Origin: an uncultured Acidobacteriota bacterium
GTDB taxonomy: Bacteria > Acidobacteriota > JAQAZP01
Direction of reading: 5' to 3'
DNA: 64,000 bases
Assembly (NCBI GenBank): GCA_963836075.1
Contig: CAWIIB010000009.1
Span: forward strand, 2,336,001-2,400,000
A program made the position numbers and the translations under genes. Each line of letters begins with the position of its first letter. Position 1 is the first letter of the stretch. Positions 10,528 through 20,373 of this stretch are shown piece by piece. The notes below the pieces were generated by a model. That model made no database searches and had not been told where the DNA came from. It saw nothing but the letters and a program-made list of their open reading frames with translations.

Positions 10528-11598
10528 TTAATAATCCCTGGCGTTGATCAGGACGACGTTCTCCCGGGAGACCAGCCGGGCGTTGCCGCTGTCTGCGGCC
10601 AGCACCAGCCGGACCAGCACTTTCCGCCCGCCGGTGGGGCCGCCCATCATCACCTCGAAGCCGTGGGGGAAGCCGTCCTGGTTTGTGTCGGCGGTGCCGA
10701 AGGCCGGCACCGTATCGCCGAGGTCGAAATCGGCGCTGGTGTTGAACGCCACGCTGTAGACCATCTTGCCGCCGATCCGCGGCTCGTGCATGTTTGAGAT
10801 GGCCGGGCTGGCATCGAACATCTCCACCGCGTAGCCGGTGCTGGGCGCAGTGGCCATGGACCCGCTGGCAAAACTGAAGAACGCTGAGTCGGCATCCTCG
10901 TCCGGGTTCCAGGCCATGGTCACCGCCGGCCGGTCAGTGGAGGGGTCCGCGGTGGCCAGAGCCCCCAGGGCGGCCGACAGCGTGGCTCCGGCGTCATCGT
11001 AGTCGTTTAGCCGGACCAGCTGGTTGTAGTCGGCAAAGACCACACTCTCCCAGCGGTAGAGGTCGAGGATGCATCCTTCGCTCTCGATCTCTTCGGCAGT
11101 GCTCCTGGTCAGGTAGTAGTAGATCAGCCGGTAGAGGTCGATGCGCACGCCGGCCGATTCGTCGAGATACGGGGTTATGGCCTGGGCAAAGAGGAGCGCG
11201 TTGCCCACGCTGGCCGGGTTGAAGGGGTGGTCGGCGTCTCCGACCAGGCTCGGTGAAAATGAGCCGTTGACGTCGATGGTGGCCAGCGAGGAGGTATCCA
11301 GCGGCGTCGGCGCCGCGGACAGGTCCAGGGCCGCCTGGTATCCCTGGCCCTGAGTGCCGTCACCGATCAGTTTCTTTGACTGCAGCACCTCGGTCTTGAT
11401 CTCGTTGACCAGTCGCTGCCCGTATTCACTGAGGTCGTTGTTCGCCTCGAGATAGAGATTGGTCTGGGCCGTGCCCACCAGCAGGTCATAGACCATGATG
11501 CCGATGACGGTGAAGAGGAACATGACCACCATCAGTTCGGTGAAGCTCACCCCGGCATCGCCCTGCCTGTTACGTCGCTCGTTCAGTATTCGTCTCAT
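10528..11598 (-). CDS. Type IV minor pilin / pseudopilin (PilW/PulJ-like)
   Basis: Basic leader then G|VSFTELMVVMFLFTVIG (prepilin cleavage site, Glu5). Confidence 0.75.
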   Translation of the reverse strand: MRRILNERRNRQGDAGVSFTELMVVMFLFTVIGIMVYDLLVGTAQTNLYLEANNDLSEYGQRLVNEIKTEVLQSKKLIGDGTQGQGYQAALDLSAAPTPLDTSSLATIDVNGSFSPSLVGDADHPFNPASVGNALLFAQAITPYLDESAGVRIDLYRLIYYYLTRSTAEEIESEGCILDLYRWESVVFADYNQLVRLNDYDDAGATLSAALGALATADPSTDRPAVTMAWNPDEDADSAFFSFASGSMATAPSTGYAVEMFDASPAISNMHEPRIGGKMVYSVAFNTSADFDLGDTVPAFGTADTNQDGFPHGFEVMMGGPTGGRKVLVRLVLAADSGNARLVSRENVVLINARDY

Positions 11599-11643
11599 CT
11601 TTCACCCCTCTGGCAACCCCTCGCGGCGGAGCGGCACGGTGGT

Positions 11644-14600
11644 TCAGCGCTGGATGAAAATCCGCCGCTGGTGATAGGCGTAGTGCAGCAACAGATCTCT
11701 GCGGTAGACCTCGACACGGATGACGTAGCTCCCCTCGGGGAACGCACCCTCGTTGGAGACGTCCCAGTCGTAGTTGTTGGTGGTGGAACACTCGTGCGCG
11801 GTGTCCGGCCGCACCCCGGTGAAACAGGGCGTGTCGTCCTGCATGTAGAGCCAGGAACCGCCGGAATCGATGGAATACTTCACCGTGTAGACCAGGTCGT
11901 CGGTTTCGGCGAACCCGGTGGGGTAGTCGTCGAGATACTTGGTGTTGTCCCAACGCTTCCACCTGGTCCTCCAGGTGAGCATGATCGAGTTGGGGTCGTC
12001 CAGGCTGTCCACTTCGGAGGGGTGGGTGATCTCCAGCCGCGGTATCTGGTGAATCCGCCCGTCGGTCCCCGGGATTCCAGCGTTCATCATACCGTTGACC
12101 AGCGAGATCACCGCCAGCCGGCCAAGGAACGCCTGACCCGAGTTCACGCCGCGGTCCAGTCCGCTCATCACCAGGAACGTGTAGTCGTCATCGGTGAGGT
12201 TCATGTCCGGGTTGTCCGCGCTCTGCATTGCGACCAGCGCGTTGCCCTGCCGCGACGAGTCGTTGGAATAGAAGGTCTTGGGCATGCTGGTGGTATTGCG
12301 CACGGAGGAATATTCGGGTTCGTTCCACTCGTTGGGGTAGCGTGATCCGTAGTCCAGCTTGAAGGGCCGCGAGGCGGTGAGCACCTTGGGCATGGGGAAG
12401 TTGAAGATTTTCCCCATCTCCTTGCCGTCGGCGGTCCTGGTGCTGCTGGACCCATCGGCATAGTCGTGGTTGAAGGGGCCGTTGCCGCTGCCGGTGGCGT
12501 TGAAGAAGGTGGAGCAGCCGTTGGTGCTGGTCCGGCGCCGCCGGTCGGCGCTGTTCATGAAGTCGAGACTGCTGTGGGCCATGCTGCGCCATGTCTTGCT
12601 GCGGTACGAATTCGAGGAGAGGTTGCCGTTGGTCAAGTAGGTCGAGCCGGTGAGATACTCGGCGTCGGGAAAGGTCTCACCGAGCCACGGAATGCCGAAC
12701 CACTTGGCGTCACCGCTGTTGGCCAGTTCCTCGATGCCCCTGGTGGAGCTGGTGATCGCCTTCATGTAGATCGATCCGCCGGATCCGTCATACGGCTTGC
12801 CGTTCACCGGGATGCCGCTGTCGAACCCGTTGCTCGAGTCGGCGCCCACCTCGTGGCCCAGCCCCACGTAGTAGAAGGAGAAGCCGTTCATGGTTGTGAA
12901 GATCGACCCGGTGTTCAGGATGCCGCTGCGCAGAAAACTGGCCTGCCGCGGCCAGTCGAATTCCACCCGGTCGCCGCTCCAGCCGTGGCGGCAGCGGTTG
13001 AACCCGCTGTAGCCGCCCATTGTGCTGTCGTCCTGCCAGAACCAGTTGTAGCGGTGCTCCAGCTTGACGTCGAGGTATGGCGAGTGCCGGGGATCGCCCA
13101 GGATCTGGTAGCGCTCGGTCACCGGGGTGCCGGCATTGCCGATCCAGACATAGGTCTCGGAGAGGTTGTAGGGGTGGTTGCCCACGCTGCCGGTCTGGTT
13201 CACCAGCAGGCCGGAGTTGTCCAGCAGGTTCCAGTCGCTGACGTTGACGTCGCGGTCGGTGATCCGGGTCTGGACGGTGAGGACGCCGTCGTCGGGCAGC
13301 ACCCGGTCTTTCAGCGTGATGATCCAGCGCGCCGTGTTTTTCGGGTCGCTGTTGGTGTTGTTGGCCAGGTTCTGGGTGAAGTCCGTGCCCACCGGGCAGG
13401 GAATGTAGTCCAGGCCGTAGAGCCGGTCGCCGGGGTCCAGGCCGCTGCCGTTGCCGGCGGTGCCCGGCGCGGTGATGTAGCCGCCCGATGCCCGCGGGCA
13501 CTCCAGCGGGGTGTTGAAGAGGCAGATCACCGCGGCGGTCTCGTCTTCCGGCGTGCTGCCGTCATCCGGGATGTTGATGACCCGGCTGCACATCCAGTCG
13601 GAGGCCGGAGTGTAGGTCAGTTCGCGATCGTTGTCGTAAGTCGGCTCGATCATGACGTAGTCATACATGTTGGTGTAGTCGGTGGGCGCCAGCGGGTCGT
13701 TGTGGGCCGGATCGCACCACCTACTCACCACGCCGCCGCGGACCAGCTGCAGGGTGAAGTCGGGGTCGGCGGTGTTGCCCACCACGTAGGTGTCGTCCAG
13801 GACTACGCCCGGGAGGCGGACCGTGATCATGTCGTTCATGATGTAGTAGTTGTCGCCCACGCCGGCGGAGTTGAGGTAGCAGGACGCCGGGTCCCGCTTG
13901 GCCGGCCGGTCCTTCCAGGCGTAGACCCTGAGGGTCACGTCCTCGTTGTTCTCATGCTCCAGCTGTTCCGCGTGGGTCACCACCCGCAGGCCCTGCCGGC
14001 TGCCGGCGTCGTAGTAGTTGTCCCCCGTGCTCGAACCGTCAATCTCCGGGTCCTTGGCCGGGTCGGAGTAGTTGCGGATCGGCGGGGTGGGCAGCAGTTC
14101 GCCGTGGAGGTTGAGAATGATGGCGTTGCTGTAGTTTTCCGGCATGCTGTTCAGCTCTTCCAGCAGCTGGCGCAGGCTCGGCTCGTTGTCGTCGGTGGCC
14201 CTGGTGGCCCGCATTTCCAGTTCCCTGGGGTAGCGGACGCAGTGGTTGTACTCGTCGGCCAGGGCGTAGGACGTGGCGTTCTGCAGCAGTCCGTCCACGT
14301 TCAGCCGGGCGCCGATTTTTTCCGGGTCGTAGTAGAGGAAGTTGTCATCAGTGCGCACCAGGCCCGGGTAGTGGTAGACCCAGTCCACCGCCGTGGACGG
14401 CCCGTCCACCAGGTTGAGATACGGGGCGTAGAGCGGGTCCCGGCCGTAGCCGTGCCGGGTGATCCAGTGGACGCGGAACTCCAGCCCGGGGTTCCGCGAC
14501 TGCAGGTCGTTGATCGAGTTCTCCACCAGCGGGCGGATGGTGGACATGTGGACCCACCAGCCGGGAACGTTCTCGATGGCGATGCAGTAGACGTCAAAAA

Positions 14601-15129
14601 CCTGGCTGGGCGGGAAAAAGTCGCCCACGGTGCGGATGATGGTGGTGATGTCGGCCAGGGTTTTGTCCTCCAGGCCGTTCTCGGTCTTGAAGACCTTCAC
14701 GTGCACCAGCCGCACGTCGCGCGAGTTCTCGTTGGGCACCGGCCGCACGTTCACCCGGCGCAGGTAGTTCCAGTTTCCCCCGTCCAATGCCAGGTTTTCA
14801 CTCAACGCGTCCGACGGGTCGGTGACGCCGTGCTGGGTGGTGAGCACCGGCAGGCTGACGATGCCGTCGTCGTAGTTGTCCAGCATGTCGGCATGGGTCT
14901 CGCCGCCGCCCTGGACGTAGGCTCGCAGCTCGTTGACGATCTGGATCGCCTTCTGGGTGGCGAAGTCCTTCTCCTTGTTCGCCTTGGTGGTGGTGAAGGA
15001 AACGCCGATGTAGTGGACCACCATCAGGAGGGTGGCGGTGAGCAGGAAGAGGGAGATCAGCATTTCGGCCAGGGAAATACCGCGGTCGCCCCGTTTCCCG
15101 CCGGCAACAATCTGTATCCGTTTGTTCAT
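11644..15129 (-). CDS. Giant (1161 aa) prepilin-type protein, PilV-like N-terminus with a large extracellular region
   Basis: RG|ISLAEMLISLFLL, then ATQKAIQIVNELR; ~1000 aa rich in D/N/G/Y/W; GAGGAG RBS before ATG 15129. Confidence 0.75.
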   Translation of the reverse strand: MNKRIQIVAGGKRGDRGISLAEMLISLFLLTATLLMVVHYIGVSFTTTKANKEKDFATQKAIQIVNELRAYVQGGGETHADMLDNYDDGIVSLPVLTTQHGVTDPSDALSENLALDGGNWNYLRRVNVRPVPNENSRDVRLVHVKVFKTENGLEDKTLADITTIIRTVGDFFPPSQVFDVYCIAIENVPGWWVHMSTIRPLVENSINDLQSRNPGLEFRVHWITRHGYGRDPLYAPYLNLVDGPSTAVDWVYHYPGLVRTDDNFLYYDPEKIGARLNVDGLLQNATSYALADEYNHCVRYPRELEMRATRATDDNEPSLRQLLEELNSMPENYSNAIILNLHGELLPTPPIRNYSDPAKDPEIDGSSTGDNYYDAGSRQGLRVVTHAEQLEHENNEDVTLRVYAWKDRPAKRDPASCYLNSAGVGDNYYIMNDMITVRLPGVVLDDTYVVGNTADPDFTLQLVRGGVVSRWCDPAHNDPLAPTDYTNMYDYVMIEPTYDNDRELTYTPASDWMCSRVINIPDDGSTPEDETAAVICLFNTPLECPRASGGYITAPGTAGNGSGLDPGDRLYGLDYIPCPVGTDFTQNLANNTNSDPKNTARWIITLKDRVLPDDGVLTVQTRITDRDVNVSDWNLLDNSGLLVNQTGSVGNHPYNLSETYVWIGNAGTPVTERYQILGDPRHSPYLDVKLEHRYNWFWQDDSTMGGYSGFNRCRHGWSGDRVEFDWPRQASFLRSGILNTGSIFTTMNGFSFYYVGLGHEVGADSSNGFDSGIPVNGKPYDGSGGSIYMKAITSSTRGIEELANSGDAKWFGIPWLGETFPDAEYLTGSTYLTNGNLSSNSYRSKTWRSMAHSSLDFMNSADRRRRTSTNGCSTFFNATGSGNGPFNHDYADGSSSTRTADGKEMGKIFNFPMPKVLTASRPFKLDYGSRYPNEWNEPEYSSVRNTTSMPKTFYSNDSSRQGNALVAMQSADNPDMNLTDDDYTFLVMSGLDRGVNSGQAFLGRLAVISLVNGMMNAGIPGTDGRIHQIPRLEITHPSEVDSLDDPNSIMLTWRTRWKRWDNTKYLDDYPTGFAETDDLVYTVKYSIDSGGSWLYMQDDTPCFTGVRPDTAHECSTTNNYDWDVSNEGAFPEGSYVIRVEVYRRDLLLHYAYHQRRIFIQR

Positions 15130-15180
15130 CGTTCTCCTCGCAATCATCTCTTGCGGCCGCGGGCCCCGGGGGCCGTTGGT

Positions 15181-16389
15181 TCAAACGCCTCTGTTGGCCA
15201 CGTGGTAGGGCGACCGCGCAGCGCGGTACTGCCCAAGTTTCTGGCGGACGATGTCCATGATGTCCTGGTCATACATGACTTCGGCGATGTCCAGGCCGCC
15301 CTGGATGACGGAGTCTCCCATCACCATCACCGTGCCGCTGATCAGCGACGGCGACTTCTGGGTATAGTTGCCGGTGACGAAAATCAGCCCGGAGTAGATC
15401 GAGAGGCTGTTGTCGTCGATCAGGCAGTCGCCGTCAACGATCACGATACCGCCGCCGTTGAGCGGGCGGCTGTAGTTGAAGGTGGCGTTGCCGTCGATGT
15501 AGATGATGCCCAGCGAGGGCAGGTCCGGCGGCAGGTCGGCTGTGCTGGTGACGTAGATGTCGGCCAGGCTCTGCAGGTCCTCCGGTGTGGAGGCGAAGAC
15601 CTGGCGCACCAGGGCGGTCACCGAGTCGGTCTGGCCGGGGAACACCGCGGCCTGATTCCGCCCACCTTCGATGATGCCGCCGTTTTTTATCACCTGGCCG
15701 CCGCCGCTGCGGTCAAAGACGATGGCGGCGGTGGTGATCCCGCGCACCCGCCCCTTGGTGTTGATGGTCACCCTCCCGGTGTCGGAAATCAGCGCGGCGT
15801 TGGCGGTGGGGGCGATGGCCAGGCGCTGGACCTCGCTGGCCAGGGTCACCTGGCGCACCACCCGGTTGGGATACTCGTTGTACGCTTTCAGCGGGTCGTT
15901 TCTTTCGTAGACGATCCCCTTGCTCTCCACGAACCACACCGTCCCCGGCGCAGCCTCCTCGGAGTTGATGATCCGTTGCGAGGAGATGTCCCGCACCACC
16001 ACGTCGGCGGTGACCGGGTCCACTTTCATCACTTCATACCGGCCGTAATGGCCGGTCTGGGAGCTGATTTCGAACTCGCGGACGATGCCGATGGACGGGT
16101 CCTCGGTGTCGATGATGTCCTCGCTCGGGTCGTAGACCGGCTCGAACTCCGCCACCGGCTGGGTGGACTGCCGGCGGAACCAGGAGAGCGCGTCGGTGAT
16201 CCCCGCCTCGGCCGCACTGGTGGCCTGCCCCTTGAGGTTCAACTCGTGGACGATGGCATCGCGTGTGGTGGTCAGCAGGGTCAGCCCGACGATGATCAAC
16301 GACGAACCGAGGAGGATGACGAACAGGGCGAGGAGGATCGTCGATCCTTCCTGCCCGCAAAGCTTTTCTCCGAACAGTCTTTTGCTCAC
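15181..16389 (-). CDS. PilX/GspK-like pilus assembly protein
   Basis: EG|STILLALFVILL lacking Glu5, QATSAAEAGI motif, C-terminal beta-helix repeats (GIIYIDG, GIVIVDG, GLIFVTG, GTVMVMG); AAGGAGG RBS. Confidence 0.75.
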   Translation of the reverse strand: MSKRLFGEKLCGQEGSTILLALFVILLGSSLIIVGLTLLTTTRDAIVHELNLKGQATSAAEAGITDALSWFRRQSTQPVAEFEPVYDPSEDIIDTEDPSIGIVREFEISSQTGHYGRYEVMKVDPVTADVVVRDISSQRIINSEEAAPGTVWFVESKGIVYERNDPLKAYNEYPNRVVRQVTLASEVQRLAIAPTANAALISDTGRVTINTKGRVRGITTAAIVFDRSGGGQVIKNGGIIEGGRNQAAVFPGQTDSVTALVRQVFASTPEDLQSLADIYVTSTADLPPDLPSLGIIYIDGNATFNYSRPLNGGGIVIVDGDCLIDDNSLSIYSGLIFVTGNYTQKSPSLISGTVMVMGDSVIQGGLDIAEVMYDQDIMDIVRQKLGQYRAARSPYHVANRGV

Positions 16390-16714
16390 TGGAGGTCCTC
16401 CTTGCGGCATTTGTCTGCCTAACTTCTTATCGGTCGATACCTTCAGCAGCAATAACCATACCAGCGAAGATGAAAAGGCCTTCAAGTGTAGCAATAGCAT
16501 CGGTTACTTCCTCAAGGTCAGGGATGGCCCTCCAGGGCCCCGCCCGGATTTGTTACGGAGTCGTAACCGGATGCACCTCGGTTTCCCCCCTGGCGGCCAG
16601 GTTTGACGGCGGCGTAGGGACGGTGATACCATTTCCCGTTGACAGATCATCTGAACAGGGACGTTTCGGTCATCGCCGGACAGCGACTGACGGACGATGG
16701 CGGAGAGAGGCGGC

Positions 16715-16939
16715 ATGACCGCCCTGCGGCTGGATCAAATGGGTGGACCGCTCGGAAAGCGCTGGTTTTCCTGCTTTCTGATCTTCTTCTTCCTCTACCT
16801 GCTGGCAGATACCTTTCTCGAGGACGGCCCTTTCGGATCGGCAGTCACGTTCATATCTCTGGCCCTGGCGTTGACCGCGTTCTTCAGTGGCGCCCCGGGG
16901 CTCCGTGACCGGAAACGGTCGGGAGGCGGACCAGGATGA
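16715..16939 (+). CDS. Small two-TM membrane protein (hypothetical)
   Basis: Two hydrophobic stretches; stop overlaps the next ATG (ATGA). Confidence 0.45.
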   Translation: MTALRLDQMGGPLGKRWFSCFLIFFFLYLLADTFLEDGPFGSAVTFISLALALTAFFSGAPGLRDRKRSGGGPG

Positions 16940-18456
16940 CCGACAAGGCAATCATCCTCGACAGCGGAATCGTCAAAACTCTGCACCGTGTGATGTCCAC
17001 CGGAAACGCCGATGCCCGCCTGGAACTGGCCCGGGCCTTCAACGTGCGGGCGATGCACGCCGAAGCCCTGGAACAGAGCCGTCGGCTGATCGGCGACGAC
17101 CCGGGCAACGGTGACGCCTGGCTCGAGGCGGCGCGGTCCACCTTTCACCTCAGCGAGGAGTCGGTTCCCGAACTCCGAGCGATGTTCCTCAAGGATGCCG
17201 CCCCCTTTGAGAACCAGGGCTGGTACCAGCTGACGCTTGGGCTGCTCCATTTTTATGCCGGTGACGAGGAACTGGCCCGTCAGATGGTGGAGCAGGTGGT
17301 GGTGGCGAACCCGGAAGACTCCCGGGCCTGGGAGATACTGGGCAACATCAATTTCAACCTCGGCGACCTTGGTGCGGCCATGGACTGCCTGAGCACGTCC
17401 CTGGAGCACGATCCGGACAACCTGTCGGCTATCCACCTTCTGGGCACCTGCTATTACCATCAGGGCGAAGCAGAGCAGACGCTGATGTACTACCAGAAGG
17501 CCATCGCCCAGGAGGAGATGTTCGCCCGGGCCTGGATTTCGCTGGGCGAGTTCTTCCTGCGGGACGAGGGAGGCTACGCCAAGGCGCTGCAGTGCTTCAG
17601 CCGGGCTATTTCCATCAACCCTCACAACTACGACGCGTACTTCTTTCTCATCGACTATTACATCGAGGGCCGGCAGTTCGAACTGGGTCTGGCCGAGGCG
17701 CACCGCATTCTGCAATTGCGGGCCAACGACCATATCCAGGCCGAAGCGCACAATTACATCGGCTACATGCAGTTCAAACAGGGGCTTTACGAGGAAGCCG
17801 AGGCCAGCTACAAGCGGGCCCTGGACCTGGACGACCAGTTCGCCTCGCCCTGCCAGAACCTGGGGCTGCTGCATCTCAGCCGCAAGGAGATCGACCATGC
17901 CCGGATCCTCTTCAAGCGGGCCGTCGAACTGGATCCAACCGTGGCCTGGTCGCACACCAAGCTGGGCTACATCTATTTTGACGAACGGGTGATGGACAAG
18001 GCCGAGCAGCACTTCAACTCGGCCCTGGGGAACGATGCAGAGGACTACTGGGCCATGCTCGGCCTGGCCGAGGTCAACCGGATCCAGCGGAAATACAAGA
18101 ATCAGCTCGAACACTGCCGGCGGGCAGTGGAGCTGCAGCCGGACCACACAAATGTGCAGAACCATCTGGGCATCGCCTTCGAGTGCAACCGGAAATACGA
18201 CCAGGCCGAGGCAGCGTATCTGCGGGCGATGGAAATCGATCCGTTGAACCGCTGGGCGGCCAATAATCTGGGGTATCTCTACGAGAAGCTGCTGAAACGG
18301 GAAAAGTCCGATATCTATCGGGATAAAGCCATAAAGATCTGGAAAAAGCGACTGCAAATCTGTGCCCGCACGGGTCAATCCACCCGCGGCGCCAACAGCC
18401 ACCTGAGCAAGCTCGGCATTCCCCAACAGCAGATCGACGCCTGGATGCAGGAATAA
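16936..18456 (+). CDS. Tetratricopeptide repeat protein
   Basis: About 12 TPR units (AWEILGNI, AWISLGEF, AHNYIGY, QNLGLL, NHLGIAF, NNLGYLY). Confidence 0.9.
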   Translation: MTDKAIILDSGIVKTLHRVMSTGNADARLELARAFNVRAMHAEALEQSRRLIGDDPGNGDAWLEAARSTFHLSEESVPELRAMFLKDAAPFENQGWYQLTLGLLHFYAGDEELARQMVEQVVVANPEDSRAWEILGNINFNLGDLGAAMDCLSTSLEHDPDNLSAIHLLGTCYYHQGEAEQTLMYYQKAIAQEEMFARAWISLGEFFLRDEGGYAKALQCFSRAISINPHNYDAYFFLIDYYIEGRQFELGLAEAHRILQLRANDHIQAEAHNYIGYMQFKQGLYEEAEASYKRALDLDDQFASPCQNLGLLHLSRKEIDHARILFKRAVELDPTVAWSHTKLGYIYFDERVMDKAEQHFNSALGNDAEDYWAMLGLAEVNRIQRKYKNQLEHCRRAVELQPDHTNVQNHLGIAFECNRKYDQAEAAYLRAMEIDPLNRWAANNLGYLYEKLLKREKSDIYRDKAIKIWKKRLQICARTGQSTRGANSHLSKLGIPQQQIDAWMQE

Positions 18457-18544
18457 CCGGTTGGTCCCCAAGGACCGTGCCGGACCCCGCCGGCAGGATC
18501 GGCGCGGACGGTCCGGCTGTACCTTTCCATGCGGTGATGAGGGA

Positions 18545-20236
18545 ATGGCAAGAAAAAAATCGACGAGCAGGAACAGCGGCAAGCAGCATAGTGATAACGG
18601 CCGGAGTCAGGTCCCCGCACCGGACGATCAGATGGAGCGGAGCGAAATCGCCGCCTGGCTGGACACCTTCTGCCGGTTGGCCGGGGAGGTGGGTGATGAG
18701 GACGAAGGGATCAGCCACCTGGTGGTGCCCGATGACTACCGCGGGTCGGTGGATCAGATCCTGACCCTGATCGAAAAACGGGAGCGCCACCGGGGCACAC
18801 TGACCGAGGCCGCCGGTCTATCCGCCCCCCAGCTGATCAGGCTGCTGGAGGAGGCCGGCGTGGCCGGTCTCACCGAGACGGCCATGGCGTTGCCGGCGCT
18901 CGGTTCCGGCGTCCAGTTCGCGATCCTCGACGACCTCTCCTCCTGTGCTGTTGACCAGGGGACGTCGCCGGGTGCCGAGGGGCTGCGCCAGGTGGGGCAC
19001 CTGTTGCAGGACCTGGCGGAACTGTTGCCCGACGAGCCGCCGGAGTTCCATGCCCAGCGTTTCTGGGAACTGGAGCCGGGGCACCGGGAGATTCTGCTGC
19101 GCCTGCTCCACGAAAAAACCGGTGAGCAGGTGGTTCCCTTCCTCGGTCTGGTCTGCGGCCGGGAGCGGGCGGTGGACCTGCAGGTGGTGGACCTGGCCGG
19201 AACGGTGGCCTCCGAGAAAGCGGCCGCACTGCTCCTGCGCCTGGAGTCGGAATCCGGGGACAAGCTGGTGCTCAAGGCGCTGAGCAAGATGCTCTACAGC
19301 CTGCGCAGCAAGGGAGTGAGAGGGGCCGAGCGGACGCCGGTCCCCGCCGGAGAAAACGCTTCACCCATCCATTTTGAAGAGTCGGTGGAGACCCGGGCCT
19401 TTATCAGTGGTATCGACTGGCAGGGCCAACGCCTGGTCCTGCTGGCCGGCCTGCCCGGGACGCGGGGGTTTGCCGTGGCCCAGGCCCTGATGGACGACGT
19501 GCGGGGTATCCGCGAGTTCACGGTGTGGAAGATGTCCCGCGCCGACCTGCGGGAAATGGTTGACCGGGCCCAGCAGCGCAGCGCGCTGCTGCTCTGCGAG
19601 GTGCCGGCGGAACACGCCTATTTCGTCCTGGAGGAGGCCTTCCAGACCGCCCGGCCTCTGGGGTTCGACCCGCCGCGTGAATTTCTCCACTGGCGTTCCT
19701 CCGAATCCTGGCCCCGCACCGACCACCGGGAATATCGGCACCCGGTATGCTCTCTGGTTCCCGTGGAAGGTCTTGCCGAACCCACGGGAGCCGACTGGTC
19801 CCGTCTGCTGGCCACCGACCCGCTCACCGGCTGGACCCTGGGGCCCGAGGAAGCGGTCAAGGCCTATCACGAGGTGCAGACCGGGGGAGAGAGTGCGATC
19901 ATCGTGCCCGGGGCGATCCAGGAAGAACGGCAGCAGGGGGCGTTCCGCCAGGTGCTGACCGCCCGTTTCGACCTGGCAACCTGCGGCCGCTACCGCCGCC
20001 GGCTGGAAGAGACCGCCTACCTGCTGCACCTCTCCGGCAAGGGAGAGGAAGCCGGTCTGGCGATGGTCGCCCGCGACTGGATCGTCAGCCTGGCGGACCA
20101 GATCTGGGACCACCCGCTGATTGCCGCCCTGGTGCAGCGGGACCTCGACCTGGTGGCCCGGCGGGAAAAGGAATCCCGGGAACAGGATGTTTCTCTGGTC
20201 CGCTCCCCCTGGGAAGGTCGGCCCGGCGGGAAATAG
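18545..20236 (+). CDS. Conserved hypothetical helical protein
   Basis: 563-codon ORF in the operon; helical amphipathic pattern, ISGIDWQGQRLV, YRRRLEETAYLL. Confidence 0.7.
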   Translation: MARKKSTSRNSGKQHSDNGRSQVPAPDDQMERSEIAAWLDTFCRLAGEVGDEDEGISHLVVPDDYRGSVDQILTLIEKRERHRGTLTEAAGLSAPQLIRLLEEAGVAGLTETAMALPALGSGVQFAILDDLSSCAVDQGTSPGAEGLRQVGHLLQDLAELLPDEPPEFHAQRFWELEPGHREILLRLLHEKTGEQVVPFLGLVCGRERAVDLQVVDLAGTVASEKAAALLLRLESESGDKLVLKALSKMLYSLRSKGVRGAERTPVPAGENASPIHFEESVETRAFISGIDWQGQRLVLLAGLPGTRGFAVAQALMDDVRGIREFTVWKMSRADLREMVDRAQQRSALLLCEVPAEHAYFVLEEAFQTARPLGFDPPREFLHWRSSESWPRTDHREYRHPVCSLVPVEGLAEPTGADWSRLLATDPLTGWTLGPEEAVKAYHEVQTGGESAIIVPGAIQEERQQGAFRQVLTARFDLATCGRYRRRLEETAYLLHLSGKGEEAGLAMVARDWIVSLADQIWDHPLIAALVQRDLDLVARREKESREQDVSLVRSPWEGRPGGK

Positions 20237-20373
20237 CTCGTCCCCCGCCGATCGGCCCATCCGCCGGGCCTCGCACTCCGCTATGATAAAATAACTGCTC
20301 CACCGGGGACCGGGCCACCAGCCGGTTCCCGGATCAGGTGCAGTCTTCGACAGGTGCAGACGGAGGTCGTTCC

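Noticed and set aside
12466-16422. 1318-aa plus-strand ORF
   Set aside because: Antisense shadow of the pilin genes caused by GC3 bias; V/G/A/H-rich with no recognisable motifs
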